From assembly GCA_976226885.1 (NCBI GenBank), contig OZ320314.1:49228001-49292000 (forward strand): 64,000 nt of DNA, read 5' to 3'. Source of the DNA: Iphione sp. A-MEVVRFRX5 (taxonomy: Eukaryota). The notes under the pieces were generated by a model. That model searched no databases and was not told the origin of the DNA. It saw nothing but the letters and a program-made list of their open reading frames with translations. Below, one piece after another: positions 1 to 13,887 of the stretch (the first letter of the stretch is position 1; each line of letters opens with the position of its first letter). Made by a program: the position numbers and the translations under genes.

Positions 1-1144
1 TCTCATTTTTATTGTTAACCCTTTGTACTCACAGTGTGAGAAAAAGGCGCTAAACAACGGTTCTTCTCTTCGCCTGTGGCACTCCGGTTGTTCTAAGTGA
101 CAGCGCAATGCCGTCCTGGCTACTTGCCACGATTACCTACGCTTTACCGCAGTAATTGATGTTTCCTTCGGTACAATGAAGACTTTCCTACTGTGTGACA
201 AAACACCAACGACAAGGTGATAGCTCAAAGAGCAAGCCCTCTCCTCTGACCTTGAAACAACAATTGCTGGAAGGCCGCCAGTCGTCCCCAAGCTCTTGTG
301 AGAAAAGGTTAAACTACGTCGTTTAAACACATTTCATCCCTCATTTAACATAATTTAATACCGAATATCGAATGTACATTTTTGTGGAGAAACGCTTACG
401 GTAAAAAGAGAATCTTTCTTATGAATAACTGTTGAAAGGGGCGAGGAAAATGGCGTCGAGTGGGTCTTGTTGTGGGGCGCGGCGGTAAAATCCGAAGAGT
501 GAATGAAAACAAATCACATCAAGCAACCATGGCAACGAGCAGCTGCCTTCACATCAACACCGCCTATAATATCCTGATATTGTCCACGAATGTGACCGGA
601 TTTGTTGCAGGAAGGAAGCTTTAACATAAATCTTCCCCGGCGAACGGCGTAGTTTTGGTAGCTCAGACATGCACAGGTGGACAGGTGGAAATAGAATTAA
701 AGGAAAATCAGAAAGTGAAATAAATATTTCAGAGCAGACAGCGTACATCTTGACCAATATGTAAGATGGATAACCTATAAGGAATGTTATGGAGAAAAGA
801 GCCTTAGGCTGAATTTTTATATGCGTGTGTTACCTTGGTGCATGTAGGCATGTTTGTACCATGATTTTTGGGAACAATGTTATCAGCAGAAGTGCATACG
901 CCATGTCGCATGTAATGTGTCCATGTGTCATGTGTTTTCAAAAAAGGAAATATTCCATTTTTCACGGTGGTCTTGTTTACTGTGTTTCATATATTAAAAA
1001 ATGTATTTCTGCACACTACCGCACATATACTCATGTATTTTGCTGTTTTTAGGCCATGTTTCTTTCCTGGGCGGAAGGACAGCTGACCCTGGACTCGTAT
1101 GCCTGGGCGGATTGCATGAGGGTGGTACTCTCCCAGGAACAGGA

Positions 1145-2590
1145 TTGAGAGAGCTAGTGTTGGCATTCGCCAGCTACAGGCTGAGCCAGGCAGAAAGAAA
1201 TTACTGCATAACTTGCAAGGACCTGTTGGCAGTGATGTTTGATATATGGAATTTTAAGTCCTACTTAAGCCCGAAGAGGATTGTCATTTGCACTGACCAA
1301 AGCTCCTTCTCCCTATGCTGGCTGTGCCAGTTCCAGGAACTTGAGGGGCAGCTGGCCCACTGGCTAGAGGAAGTGTACTGCTATGACTTGGACATCATGC
1401 ACCAGCCCAGCAAGCAGCATGGGAATGTGGATGGGCTCTCAGGACAGAACCGCCAGCAGTGCAGCTAAAACCCTGCAGACAAAAAAGAAGAGCCAGCATT
1501 GGGAAGGGTAGCCATGGTAAGTGTGAAGCCAGCAATTAGAGCGACCCTCTAGCAGGCCCAGGAAGAGGGCGAGTTGGTTGCTAGCCAGCAGAGTCAACTG
1601 CTGAGTTGGGCAGAAGCCCCAGGGCTGGCTCCGGAGGATGACTGGGTAGCATGGCCGTTAAATAGTGAGTGGCCCTGGCTGCAAGTGGTCGACCCCCCCT
1701 CCCTGCATCAGAAGATATGGGCGGACGCCTTGGGAGGTTGTGGCAGTAGATGTGTGGGGTCCTTTCCCCATTACATCTTGTTGGAACCACTACATCATCG
1801 TCATCGCTGACCACTTCATGAAATAGACTGAGGCCTTCCCCATACGGGTGGTAGAATCTGAATCAACAGCCCTTGTGTTGGTGAAGAAAGTGGTATGCTA
1901 ATTTGGACCAACCTGGGCCCTCCACTCTGACCAAGGGAGGAACTTTGAGGTGGGTGTGATGAAAGGGCTACTCCAACTGCTGGAGATACAGAAGACGTGG
2001 ACCACCCCTTATCATCCTCAAAGCAACGGCATGGTCGAAAGGTTCAACTACATCCTCCTGAGAATGCTGCCGAAGGTAGTGAAGGAAGACTAGTCCGATT
2101 GGGATGGGGGTGTCCCTTTCATGATGGCTGCCTACTGGGCAACTCCACATCGAACCACAGGATATTCCCTGAACTGGCTAGTGCTGCAGAGGGAGACCAA
2201 GCTACCTATTGCGCTGATGATGGGAGCAGCCCCAGGGGAGACGGTTTCTGTAGCAGACTATGTCAAACAAGTGCAGCAGGGATTCATGCAAGCTCACATG
2301 AAAGTGTGGCATCAACTACTATGGGCGGGTGAGTTTCAGAAGGAGTGTTACTATTGAAATGTGCGTCCCCAGGATTACAAACAGGGTGATGCCAAGTGGG
2401 GTTTCTGTCCAATCGAGAAAAAGGGGTGCTTGCTCAAACTACAGTGTCATTGGCAAGGGCTATGGACTGTACACGCCAAGTTGAACAGCATGGTGCACGC
2501 TGATCTACTAAAGTGAGCCCATCTACCCAGCAAACCTGAAGATTTCGTCGGGGAGGGCCGGGTGAACATTATCCAGTGCCCTTACACAGA
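1145..2590 (+). mobile_element. Degenerate Ty3/Gypsy LTR-retrotransposon pol fragment (RNase H + integrase), with many stops and frameshifts
   Basis: ORF 1001-1468 ends in a Gypsy RNase H-like block (AERNY...DLLAVMF...TDQSS...EGQLAHWLEE...HQPSKQHGNVDGLS). Downstream frames give rve integrase motifs: GSFP...YIIVIADHF, LHSDQGRNFE, PYHPQSNGMVERFN, TPHRTTGYS. No LTRs were identified. Confidence 0.9.
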
Positions 2591-3204
2591 GGGGGGGGGG
2601 GGCACCCAAGTTGCCAGGGCCCCCCTCGATGGTACAGGTGGCCTAAGAAGGGGGCCCTCCAGCACATGTCGCCAGGAGCTGCCCATATTAGGCACACAGA
2701 GGGTCATTCGCAGAGGATCCCGGGCATTCCCTGATGCTGGGTGAAAATGCTACAGCTAGAGTTGGTTGGCCTGGCCTAGCAGACACATGGCATGCTAGAC
2801 CTGTGGCACTGGGATGACTTAAAGGGTCAATTTATCAATTTGTAGTGAGAGTTAAAGCACCCGAGAGGATGATATAGAGACCCAATAAATGTATCAAAAG
2901 TAAATTCTTAATACACCGATGATTGGATAATTGTTGTCAGTCATACCTAATGTCTGTTTGAAAAAAAAGTTTTCTAACAGAGTGAAAGTTATTCCGTTCG
3001 TGGGAGTAATACAGAAAATGGTCGATGACAGAAATCACTTGGTGAGAAAACCGTTGGGTTTATCAGTACCTCCTCTGACCTTCTTCCAGGTGTATGACTT
3101 GTAATTCCGACTTTACATAATGTCCTTTCAATCCTCCCTTTATTGAAAATTTGAAGTTCTCAATATATACATATTGTAGTTTGACCCTTGCCTCTTTAAA
3201 ATGT

Positions 3205-3402
3205 CCCTGATGGTCCCCTCTCTGAGACTTTGGTACCTTTTTACAGGTGGTCCAAGGCAGGGTGGTCCCATTTAGGAGGTGGTCCCCATACTGAGACTTT
3301 ATGAAACATAAAATAGAGGAAAATAGTTTGGTTCTTTGAAAATCTGGTCCTATTTAGGAGGTGGTCCCTGTTTTGAGGTGGTCCCTGACAGGGGTTCTAC
3401 TG
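3205..3402. mobile_element. One end of a Tc1/mariner-like MITE (partial)
   Basis: Five copies of a GGTGGTCC motif are followed by ...GGGGTTCTACTG|TA. A similar end (GGATTCTACTG|TA) occurs near 7740-7752. No matching left TIR was found. Confidence 0.5.
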
Positions 3403-4005
3403 TACCTGTTTTTGGAGTCTTTACTTAAAGAGGGTGCGAATTTGAATTAATAATTCAAACAAATTGGTATCTACAGCAGCTCAATAATGCAAATATAATA
3501 TTACAGTTCTCTAGATAAACAAAAATTAACCAAATAATATTTGAAATAACCAAATTGGATTTATCAATAAAATTTGCTGAAAATAGCTTATGTCACTATA
3601 CACTCGGAATGAAGATGTCTACACATTTTTAATTGGTTATTGTAACTTATATGATTTGTTGTTTCACTAACCAATTTAAACCAATTATATTTAGGTACAA
3701 CACCTTTTGAACCTGTTTGACCAATGAATTTAAGTTGATTGTAATAACAAAGGAAATTGATATCTCTAATGAGGCAACACAAATTTGGTCTTGAATTAAC
3801 CAATTTTGGCTCAAACAATAAAATCAGTTGAAAATTCATATCTTGCTTAAGCGTAAATTCTAGTGAAGAGACAAAGGGCTACTGGCTAGTTTGAACTCTT
3901 ATCACTTCAGATAGATCGTTACTTTTGTGTAACACTGATATAGATCACTATAGCTTCTTTTAGTCATTTCATTTTGTCTTACATAGCAAACTGAAGCACA
4001 CATTA

Positions 4006-4318
4006 GGTGTAAAAAAATCTCTTTCCAGTAACATGCTGAAGCAATAAAGGATCGGTCAGTAGGTGCTATCTTTTGTATTTTTCTTTTTTTCCAATGTCAA
4101 TTCATGATGAAAGGCAGAAATGTGTATGGGTATATCACTTCTGCTGCTTCAATTTTAATGAAATTTGTATCAAATGAAAGCTAGTAACCTAAAGAATAAA
4201 ATGCTATTTAGTATAAATTTCTGAAGTTATTCAAAAATTAAGAAAAAATAAAGTCACAATTGGCTCTAATATAGAGTCAGTCGAGTTACTGGAAACACAA
4301 TTATTTCTTGTTTAGGCC
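4006..4318. mobile_element. PIF/Harbinger-like MITE, family 1 (GGCC...GTTTCYRGTAAC TIR), copy A
   Basis: Imperfect TIRs (…TTTCCAGTAAC / GTTACTGGAAAC…AGGCC) with TTA flanking both ends (4003-4005, 4319-4321). The interior is the reverse complement of the copy at about 26855-27178. Confidence 0.75.
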
Positions 4319-5393
4319 TTACTGTATAGGTTGTTAAGCAATAATTTGATACTAAGAATATAACACATTCCATTGAAAGAAAGCATTCATCACTAAAGGA
4401 TCTCCGTAAAGAATATACAATGTTGATGCTCCTCCCTGCCAAGTCTTACAAAGTTTCCACATGGGTCCCATCCCTTCTGAAGCGTACATCAACATCAAAC
4501 ACCTTCTTGTGTGCCTAAAAACATGTCGCCATTGGGCCCCTAGGAGCTTTATTATAATAATATGACATTGAAAGGGAGAGTTGCTACAATCGCAGGATAC
4601 ACTGGGCAGACAATATGGATGGGTGTGCTTGAGTGAATGTCAAACATGGGTATCATATTTACTGACAACATTCTGTTCCGTGATGAAACTGTAGACGCAA
4701 CAGCACAGCGACCAGACATGACCGTGAGAGCTCTTGCGGAAGTGAGCCTGGGAGGGAGCGTGGGACGGTGAGGTGGTACGGAGCGGAAATTAAAATAAAC
4801 TGGTACTGCTATGGAGTTCTTATGATTAGCTATCATGCTTCCGAGTGATTGTTTTCGTCATATTTTTGGGGCTTTTTATGTGGCATTGGTTGTTGCATGT
4901 TCGAATACATTTGAAGTTCATTAAATGACTACATGTACATGTATTTAATATTCACTGATACATATTCTGAACATTTTTGCACTGATTCGTTACAAGGCCG
5001 CTTTAATAATGAGAACATTATAAGATGACCACCTGAATTGCTGGTGATTTGTTAACTTCTCTATTATGCAGAAAGGTAAATGTCATATGATGACTGGTCG
5101 GAAAATGCGAATGGAACTACATGTATCTGTAAAACATGTGAAGATAAATAATGTGGCAACAGTTACTCGTCAATCCCATCTGGGTTGGTCTTTGCAAATA
5201 ATTCTAAGCAGCGTTCCTGTCGATGAGGCTCAAAATTACAGTTCCCATTTCTTTGACTAAGTGTGGACGAATTCTAGTTGACGAGTTGATTGCATCATGG
5301 ACTTCTATAGCAAGATTCCATGATGTATAAGCATGAAATCTCATATTTCAACCTGGTTCGATTGCCTTGTTCAGTGGCTGCATTTCTATGGAT

Positions 5394-5554
5394 CAGGGCT
5401 GGGCGCGCAAAGAGAACTTGTCGCATTTTTAACATCTGTGGCACAAAAAACTTAATTTCAGCATTAAATCAGTGCATAGAGAATGAATGTTGTTGCATTT
5501 TTTAATGCCTGTGTCGCAGGATTTTTGCGAAATGCTACAGGTTGCCCAGGCCTG
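5394..5554. mobile_element. Small hAT-like MITE
   Basis: Terminal inverted repeat CAGGGCTGGGC / GCCCAGGCCTG. No 8-bp TSD is recognisable. Confidence 0.45.
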
Positions 5555-8500
5555 TGAATATTTCCCCTTCGCGATGTCGATTGGCTGAATTTAAATATAA
5601 CTTAAATCAGACTTACTCGAAGATTCACAGTTTCTATTAGTTTCACATCCCCTTTATGCCTAAACATTTTAGATTTGTAGACTATCAGATTTACAGGGTG
5701 GAAAATGGATAAAATAGCCGTGGTTGATCCCAAAACCCCATTAATTGGTTACCATATAATATTGAAATTGCATCCATTCCTCATGGGATTAAGTTGTTGA
5801 GGTTGTGGATCTAGTTGAATTTCACGAAGTTCCAGATAATTATTCCGGATGAAAATTCAATAGTTGACTGGTTTGACACCATTCTCACTAAAATCATTTA
5901 AAGCGCCACCGCTCTCAACCACAAACATTTCGTCCTATAAGGTCCCACGTGGTAAGACTTCATATGAGAACTCGTGCATGTTAAAAACATCGTTTTCTTA
6001 ATTCAAAAGTCAACTGTGAACACATTGGCCAGTATAACAACTGTGTAGTGACTAACATGGTGTACAATTCCTGGTGACATGATCCCCAGGGCGTTTCACA
6101 GACAGTTCGGATACCGCACACCCACCCTGGCTGCTTTCATCCTAGTATTGCCATCCATCAACTAGAAAATTGCCTGGTCCCGACTTTGCGGGATAGGGGC
6201 GCACAACACATCTTCCAGGGCAGCGCATTGGCTGTTGGTGAACTGTTTCTTGCACGAGATAACTCTTGGTGACATAGGCGTTTTGCTTCTCTCTTATTCT
6301 TCGTTCAACTGTATTTGCGTATTCATTTTAACGTCCTTTGGTGGCTATGTGTTCTTTTTAAGTATGTACAGCCAATAAAAAGGTTGAGAGCGACTGCTCA
6401 GTGTCTACTGGTACATGCACTGAATGGTCTGGAATGACACTGAACGAGATAGTTCTCGGAGGTGGAGTGTATGTCTAACCTGTTGGAAAATAAAGAATTA
6501 GTAATTATGAGGTCTGAAGTGGAACTTCACGACGCTGTTGTGTGTTAAAAAGGATAAACTGCAAAACTGGAAGTTCAAGAAATGGATCGTTATTGACGGA
6601 ATTGATTGTCCCCCCTTGTCTCCATTTACGTCATCAACATCGCCACTGACGTCATCGCCACAAGGGGGAACACCCTGGCGCATTTTGTTGAGCTTTGTCA
6701 AACTTGACACTTTGTTTTATTTTGCGTTTCTTGCGTTTGCCTTGTGGCACCTCAGGTAGTTGATGGTGTGACAGGTCAGCAGTGACAGCCAAACGCTTTT
6801 TTTCCCATATTGCCAACAGCTGTGACGAGGCGTGGATCATTCCGAACCCCTACGAAACACCAACTAGTGACTCCATAAAAAGATCACGGACGGGGTGGAC
6901 GAAGGCTTTCACTTCGTTGGTTGGGTGAGGGGGGGTGGAAATTATGTGATCGTGGTGGTGGCAAAAGAGGGAGAATAAAGGCAAGGGGTGACAAGGAACG
7001 TAAGGGAAGGACGACTGTAGCGTTTCCCTCATATCCGTCTCCCCGTATTCCCCTATGTTGGTATGTTCACAACGACCCTTCCTGAATGCCTGGCAAAGGA
7101 ATCTTTAGTGCGGAGACCTATAGAGGAAGTTGTTTCTTCATAGGAGTTGACGAACTTTCTTTAGTCTGGTAATGGCTATACATCAGAAGTCGTATTTGTA
7201 ACCAGCATGTTCCACCTCAAAATTACAACTGTACAAGCTGTAAAATAGAAGCAAAATAGTAGATGATATCAGGAAAATGGAGAATAAGATAAACAGGCGT
7301 AGTGGGAAGGTTGTCAATGTGTGAACATAAAAATTAGAGGCCACAACTTGTCATTCATCTTTTGATTAACACAAATTAGGACAGGGTATCCATGCTTGCG
7401 CTGAGGTGTGTTCACCTGCGTTTCTCATCCGTGTGCGTTTACATGTATTTTACATAGGTTTTGCTATCACACACGTAAACACACAGGGATATCTGTTGAT
7501 GGGCGTTGTCAACAGTGTGTGTATGTGCGTGAATGATGATAAAAAAGACAAATATGATGCTAAAGCTTGAAAAACAGCCAGAACGACCGAAAAATGACGA
7601 AACTGGACAGAAATGGTGCTAACAGCCGCGAAAATCTGCAAAAACCAAAAGGTGGAGAGACTTTTCACGTATTTCCCTAATGCAACCAAATTGTGGAAGA
7701 GACCGGAATTATCCAGTGCATGGCTGGGTCCCCTCTACAGGATTCTACTGTATTATATATAACGTTGACATTTTCTCTGATATTTTTGTTCCTCTCAGTT
7801 TATGTTTGAAAATATGGCATTAACGTTGATTATATTTATGGTAGTTCATTCCAAACTGTGATGTGGTCATATCTGATTGAGGTTCTTTAAATATTCTCGT
7901 TAATCTGGACAGCTCAGTGTTTGCATTGTTGCAAGGTATCTTTTCTCTATCACAGATGGCCAGAATGCTGCACTGTTGTGCACCCATACATGCTAAGTGA
8001 CAGTCTAGTCGTGAGGCCTGGTTTCATAAAGTTGTTTGGCTGGTACCATTAGATAATGGCTCGATCCGTAACAGCATTCATTAAGTAGAACTGATAATTG
8101 ATGATAGTCTCAATGTCTCCTGTTCTCCAGGAGCACGTCTCCATAATTAACTGTCTGTGTGGGAGAAATGTTTATGAACCCAATGGTAGCAACAGTGCCT
8201 ATTCACTGCCCGGTTTCAATAAATGTATCTAGTCCAGTTTATTGTGTTCCACTCCTATACAATAGTGTGTTGCATTTGCACAAAATGTGGACAGTGTAAA
8301 CATGGCGAGAGTAAACATTTAAGCAGAAGGAATGTGTATCTCTCTGTATCTGTAAGCAGTTCGTCTAGCCATATTCCTTTTACCTCTATTTTATGTTATC
8401 TAACATGTAGGTGGCTCATACATAGGTAAGGGTAATTTATTCCAGTATTGTAATCATTAACTCATAAAACACACGATTGAAAACCTTATTTCAATTAAAT

Positions 8501-8801
8501 GTACTGGAGATATAGGCTTCCAATTTTCCTGTGGATAATGATCATGAAAATGTATTTTTTTCCTCGTGTGACAGCAGTCCTGGTACCACTATGCTTCTTT
8601 AAAAACCACGTTGGTATTTGGTAAGAAGCTATTTTTCTCCGGGTATTCGTGAAGCACTCAGTTATATATTACTCGGCGGGATAGGTATGATTCTAATGGG
8701 AGTGGTAGTTGTTTGGAGTGTTGGATCTCAACCACTTTTTTCACTAATCTGGGATAGTCTTAATCCTTCTGGAATAGTTGATGAAGTGGCATGATTAAGC
8801 A

Positions 8802-8990
8802 GTAAGTATTAACATTATTTCATTACATCCTTCCGAATCAAAAAGTCTGAACAACCTGAACCGGCTTCATCTCTTTCAATCACATTAGTAAAGAATGTAA
8901 GTACTAACATTCATTAGATCCTTCTGAATCAAAACCGAATCCAAATAACCTGAATCTTTTTCATATCTTTTAACCGTATTAGTAAATAAT
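8802..8990. repeat. Two diverged tandem copies of a unit of about 95 bp
   Basis: Units start at 8802 and 8897. Shared blocks are GTAAGTA.TAACATT, ATCCTTC.GAATCAAAA, AACCTGAA and ATTAGTAAA.AAT. Confidence 0.7.
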
Positions 8991-10379
8991 GCGATGGTAG
9001 GTAATTACCTAAAGATTGAATCCGAGGCGGCTTTTGTATCAGGATTATATTTTGGCAGTTCTTTGTTTGAATGAAGCCAGGATTAATCCAGTCCCTATTC
9101 AACTTGATATTTATTAATGACGTTTGCTTAATGTTTGTTCTGGAATATTACCGCTCTTGATGTTCTCAAGATTTTACTGGATGAATTACTTTGGGTTCCC
9201 ATCCAGAATTCGTCTAGACCCAGCTTAGGTTTGTTGGATAGCTGACTCTAGACGCATTAATGATACAATGTATTATTACACACATGCAGAATTCCTGTTT
9301 TGTCATAAAATTTAACGTAAATGGATCTCTACATTTCTGTTTGAATGTTTTTTTTTAATTACGCCACTGCCTATATTTTCTGGTTGTTTATTATCATTAT
9401 AGATTCCCACTGATCGCCCAGGAATAAACATGTCCATACACGTTTTTTTTCAATCTATGTTACAAGGTTTATTGGTAACAAGCAGATGTGGTTAATAGGT
9501 AACATTGTGCAATCTTTGATAGGAATTCATATATGGTGTAACTCACCTAATAAATGCAATGTTTTATTAGGTCATATTGTATTATGTTAGTATTACTGGT
9601 GGCAAGATAGTCTGCTACGCGTTTCACGTTGTGCTCAATAAAAATGATTTGATTTGATTCATTATTTTAGTATTGCATGACGTGCATTTAGAACCATCAT
9701 TGACAGTTCTTCGTATATCACAGGTTATTTCCATTGTGGCGAACGAAAACATTGTACAGTTGAGTGGCACATTGTGGACAAACATTGAGACTCACTAAGT
9801 GTCCTCCGTATCCCAGGCGATGTGCGCATGGCGAGTGCAAATGATATTAATTTCATTTCATTTCATTGTATCTTTAACCAGGAACTAGATATTCTCCATC
9901 ACATGACAGAGCTCTTCCATATCCTCCTGGGGTATTCATGTTATATGCAGGCAGACACTGTCCGTACATCAGGCCAAGTCCACAGATTGTATATGGCTAA
10001 AAGGCAATGGGGAAGAGACATCTGGTACACATATGCAAGCAATGGTATATACACTACAGCAGGAGCTATGTCTCCGGACGGGTAGATGGCTTTCTTTGTC
10101 CATGTATGTGAACACCACCTTATGTCACATACCGCCCCTTTGGGTTAAAGGCTCAGACTAAACCCCCAAAAAGTATACATGTCCAACTAATAGAATATGC
10201 AGTGGCATGCTGCAAAATGGAGGTCAGAAGCAAAACATAGGCTACCCTGGACATATATGCATGCATAAATGCATGCAGCCACATGGCAGCAACCTATTGA
10301 ACCTCGATTATTCCTACTAAGCCTGGATGTCAGCTCAGGAACATAACAGCACTCACAAACTATTGTTGCTTTGAGTATG

Positions 10380-10472
10380 AATAAACACTGACAAATATAA
10401 AAATATATCCCCGACCTACCGACCTTCTATTTTTTCACCTTGTTACCAGAAGCACACAATTTTTTAAAGGCC
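10380..10472. mobile_element. Family 1 MITE right end (partial), copy B
   Basis: CCGACCTACCGACC…GTTACCAGAAGCACAC…AGGCC|TAA matches the family 1 terminus. The left boundary is approximate. Confidence 0.55.
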
Positions 10473-11315
10473 TAATCAAGAAAATAACATTTAATTCCAA
10501 TCCTGGTACAGGGTGCAGGATGCTGATAAACACGGACACAAACATACATGGACATACTGCATAAGAGGCATTCCATGAACCATACTAATAGATTAACCAA
10601 TTACACATTGAAATACGTTTGAGTGCCTGCAATGCCCAATGACACTCTCTTCATAGCAAACTTTGAAGATGTGTCATCATTACCATAGCTTTGGTAATAT
10701 CCTGTTTACTTAAAACCTAATATTGACAGAATCTTGATAACGATTCCTTCAAATACCAGATAACTCTGTTAAGTTAAAGTAGGATTATACTCGTTTATTT
10801 GACCGAAGCGTGTCCCACTGCTGACGAAAGTTGCCAATGACACGAGTTAACCATGGTGCCACTTGGTTCTGGTATGAATTGCCCTTGGTCAAGTGGTTAA
10901 AACCCATTTACCACACGAATTTTTGTAAATGTTACAGCTAAGTTGGTAAATGATGCATTTTAATTGACACACGGTGTATTGTGATCATTATTCATCCCTC
11001 TTAATGAATCGAGCGTTGCTCATTGAAGTAATTCTCTGACTCCCACTTGAAGCTGAAGAAAACTACTCTGGCTAACCTCCCACAGACAAAAAATTCAACA
11101 ACAACGCCATTTACCTCCATAATTCAAGACTAATCATGAATAATATACAATCACTTTCTCAGTCAGGTCCTTCAATTCTACTTGTTTAAAACTGTTTGCT
11201 TGGGTATTTTTATAATTATCTTGGGGCCAGGGGAGGGGGGGGGTTCCAGTCTCCTGCTTTGTCTCTACCTCGCCCAGGCTAGCTGTCTTTGCTGGCTGCA
11301 CAGAATCTGCTCCTG

Positions 11316-11317
<2 letters not shown>

Positions 11318-11362
<45 letters not shown>

Positions 11363-11443
11363 TTCTCTCTCATACTTTATCTGTATCACAATTGTAAGAG
11401 TATACGCCCAGCTTTATATCTGTCCATATGAAATTTCGTTCTC

Positions 11444-11498
<55 letters not shown>
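11318..11498. repeat. Two (CT)n microsatellites (11318-11360 and 11447-11498)
   Basis: Directly visible. They explain the spurious SL/ER-repeat ORFs here. Confidence 0.95.
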
Positions 11499-11502
<4 letters not shown>

Positions 11503-12062
11503 ATTCATTCTACACATCTCTGTTTCTTTCTCCCCGTGTCTGTCTCCTATCCCTCTGTGACTGTGTCCCATCTCTCTCAGCATATATGTGTTCATTGTCT
11601 GCCTGAACTTTAAAATGGGTCCTCACTAGAGAATTGAGTGCACGTTCAATCTTCAATGTCAACAAACACTCAGACATGTGGTCCACTAGGGCTGTTGCTG
11701 AATGTGAAGTAGAGTATACATTCAAGGCGCGCATTACGTCCTTAAACTTGGGAATTCGTGATTTTTCATCCGTCTGTGGAGGACTGTGTAAGGTTTGAGT
11801 CTCGCGGATGTCGATAATTCTGTCAGAAAGGGACGAGTGATTTTGACAGGCAGACGCAGTCATTTCTTGGAGGAAGCGTGAGGCACGGAAGGCGCAGAGG
11901 GAGAACTTGGAGGAGAGATGGCGTGAGGGGCGGGGACCGAGTGCCCGGCACCTGCTCCAGTGTGATGTACATGTACTAGTGACCCTTATATCCTCGCGCC
12001 CTGGAGAACCTTAGCCTCTCCAGACCCATCCATCCCACCCGCCAACCCATACATACCAGCCA

Positions 12063-12090
12063 ACCGACCGACCGACCGACCGAACCGACC
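12063..12090. repeat. (ACCG)n tetranucleotide repeat
   Basis: accgaccgaccgaccgaccgaaccgacc. Confidence 0.75.
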
Positions 12091-13712
12091 ACTCCGACAA
12101 CCTAAGCAGTGTACACGTATATGTATCTACCGCCACCACGTCACTTTGGGATCTCACAAAACTCAAGGCAGGAAGGTGGAGGAGGACTAACTACTCACTA
12201 CTGGGGACTACGGGACTGACAGCGACCTCTCGCTCTCTACACAGACACCAAACACCCATGTATCCGCAAATGTCAACCATAGCGGCATGAGGAAGCTGGG
12301 TTTAACTGTATTATCCAGACTACTACCACCAACAACCGAGGCCAACCACGAATGGGTGGCAGCTAAAATCGCGAGCAGTGAACCAATTATCTAAAGGAGG
12401 AACAGGCCTGCCGTAGTTGTGGGCTCAACGTTGTCCATGAGAACTCGGGGGAAAGGTGGCCGCTGAGACCTTCGTTGGCCCTTGTGGTATTTACCCGAAT
12501 ACCGCACGCTACCTCGGTTGATGCGACGAGGGACGCTGTACGGGCGATCTCGGCCTCCTCTTTACTCTCCGCCGCCACCATAACACTAGGTCAGTGGGCG
12601 GTGGTGTGGCAGTCGGAGTAGCAGGAAGGCTTGCCCCTCTCCCTCTACCGATGTCTCTCTCTCTCTCTATCTCTCTCGGTTTCTTCTGAGATCACCTTCA
12701 ACCAACACAGCCGATCAGACCGAGGGTAAGGACTACGCCGCTATTTATAATGTGGTTTACACGGGTAAAGGACCACTGACAGGATAGTACACAGACTACA
12801 AAAACTCCGGGCGTCACAGTCTGAGTGGCGAGGTCTAGCTTCACAGCCGCTTCCTCTGTCGTGGTAACCTGGCCGTGAAGATTTGCCTGAAGACTGCCTA
12901 CCCAGCAACTTAGCTCTCTGCAGTGTCCCTGTTTCTGTCGTAATATATCGGTTTTGTTGTCACTGACTTGTGAAGGAAACCTCACGACGATAGAGGGATT
13001 TGACCGTCTCTTCCCTTCTCCTGCCACGGTGAACCGCCCGTGGAGAATCGTGAGTGCACTCCTATGAATCGTGCGAGTTGATGTCCCCTATCTGGCTGTG
13101 GTAGCGCGACTAGGGAGGATCGTCAGGACACTCTCTGTTGAGACGGTGTCCCTCTTGTCCGCGGATCAAATTTTACTGTTTTCCAGAGAGCCCTCGCTGG
13201 CGGTCCTGATCCTAGCTGCCTACTCCCTGGATGGCTATTCCGCCCTGGCGGGATGGGATTTGGCAGCGGAGAATCTGGAGGTGGTGGAGGTGCGGCCGAA
13301 GATCGTGACGGACTTCCCTGCCGCGTCTCACCTTGCGTCTCCGGCGCGTCCTGGTGAGGAGGAATTACTGAGGCGTAATCAGCAGAAGGAGGAGGAGTTT
13401 CCCTCCTCCCCCTCCTCCCTCGACACATGTGACCTGCAGGGGGTAAGGACACCACCCACAGATGGCAGGGTTGGACGAGTATGGCACGCGCCCGTTTGCT
13501 CTCGAGGAGCAGGAGGAGGAGGAAGAACTGCTAGCTTGTGCTGCCGCCAACAGGGCACGGAGTGGGTTCACTGGAGCTTGGCGGCTGCGAGCAAAGCGCA
13601 GCCAGAGCCACTGTCACCACCAGTACTGCAACCACTGCTACACTATTATAGCACTGTGCTGTCACTACTGCTACCAATATCTAGCAGCCAACCGCCTCTA
13701 ACCGCCATTCCA

Positions 13713-13887
13713 ATGGACCTCAGGGGGTTTCGATCCTCTCTGGAGCCGTGTAAGGCCAGCACAACTACCGCCACGCCGGGCTCCCCTCGTCGCCTACAGC
13801 TCGTCCCGTCTGCTGGGCCAGCCTCCCTCTACCTGGCCGCTCTCCTAGCCCTAGCCTTCGTCCAGCAGGTGGCAACTGTAAACCTGG
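13713..13887 (+). CDS. Putative first coding exon of an unidentified secreted or cell-surface host protein (signal-peptide-like end, phase-1 intron)
   Basis: ATG at 13713 gives MDLRG...SLYLAALLALAFVQQVATVNL, with a hydrophobic core then an AxT-like cleavage region. It ends at a consensus donor G|GTGAGT (13888) in phase 1 and lies at the end of a GC/CpG-rich 5'-UTR-like region (about 11900-13700). No downstream exon was identified. Confidence 0.5.

Noticed and set aside
6150-6270. Minus-strand peptide KKQFTNSQCAALEDVL, faintly like homeodomain helix 1
   Set aside because: A stop follows, there is no helix 3 (WFxNRR) motif, and no splice context.
11182-11863. ORFs with SL/ER runs (also near 40481 and 48187)
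   Set aside because: These are translations of CT/GA microsatellites.
13071-13712. Upstream part of the 274-aa ORF and overlapping minus-strand ORFs
   Set aside because: Non-ATG start, low-complexity GC-rich sequence with GAG repeats, open in several frames, and no recognisable domain. Better explained as 5' UTR.
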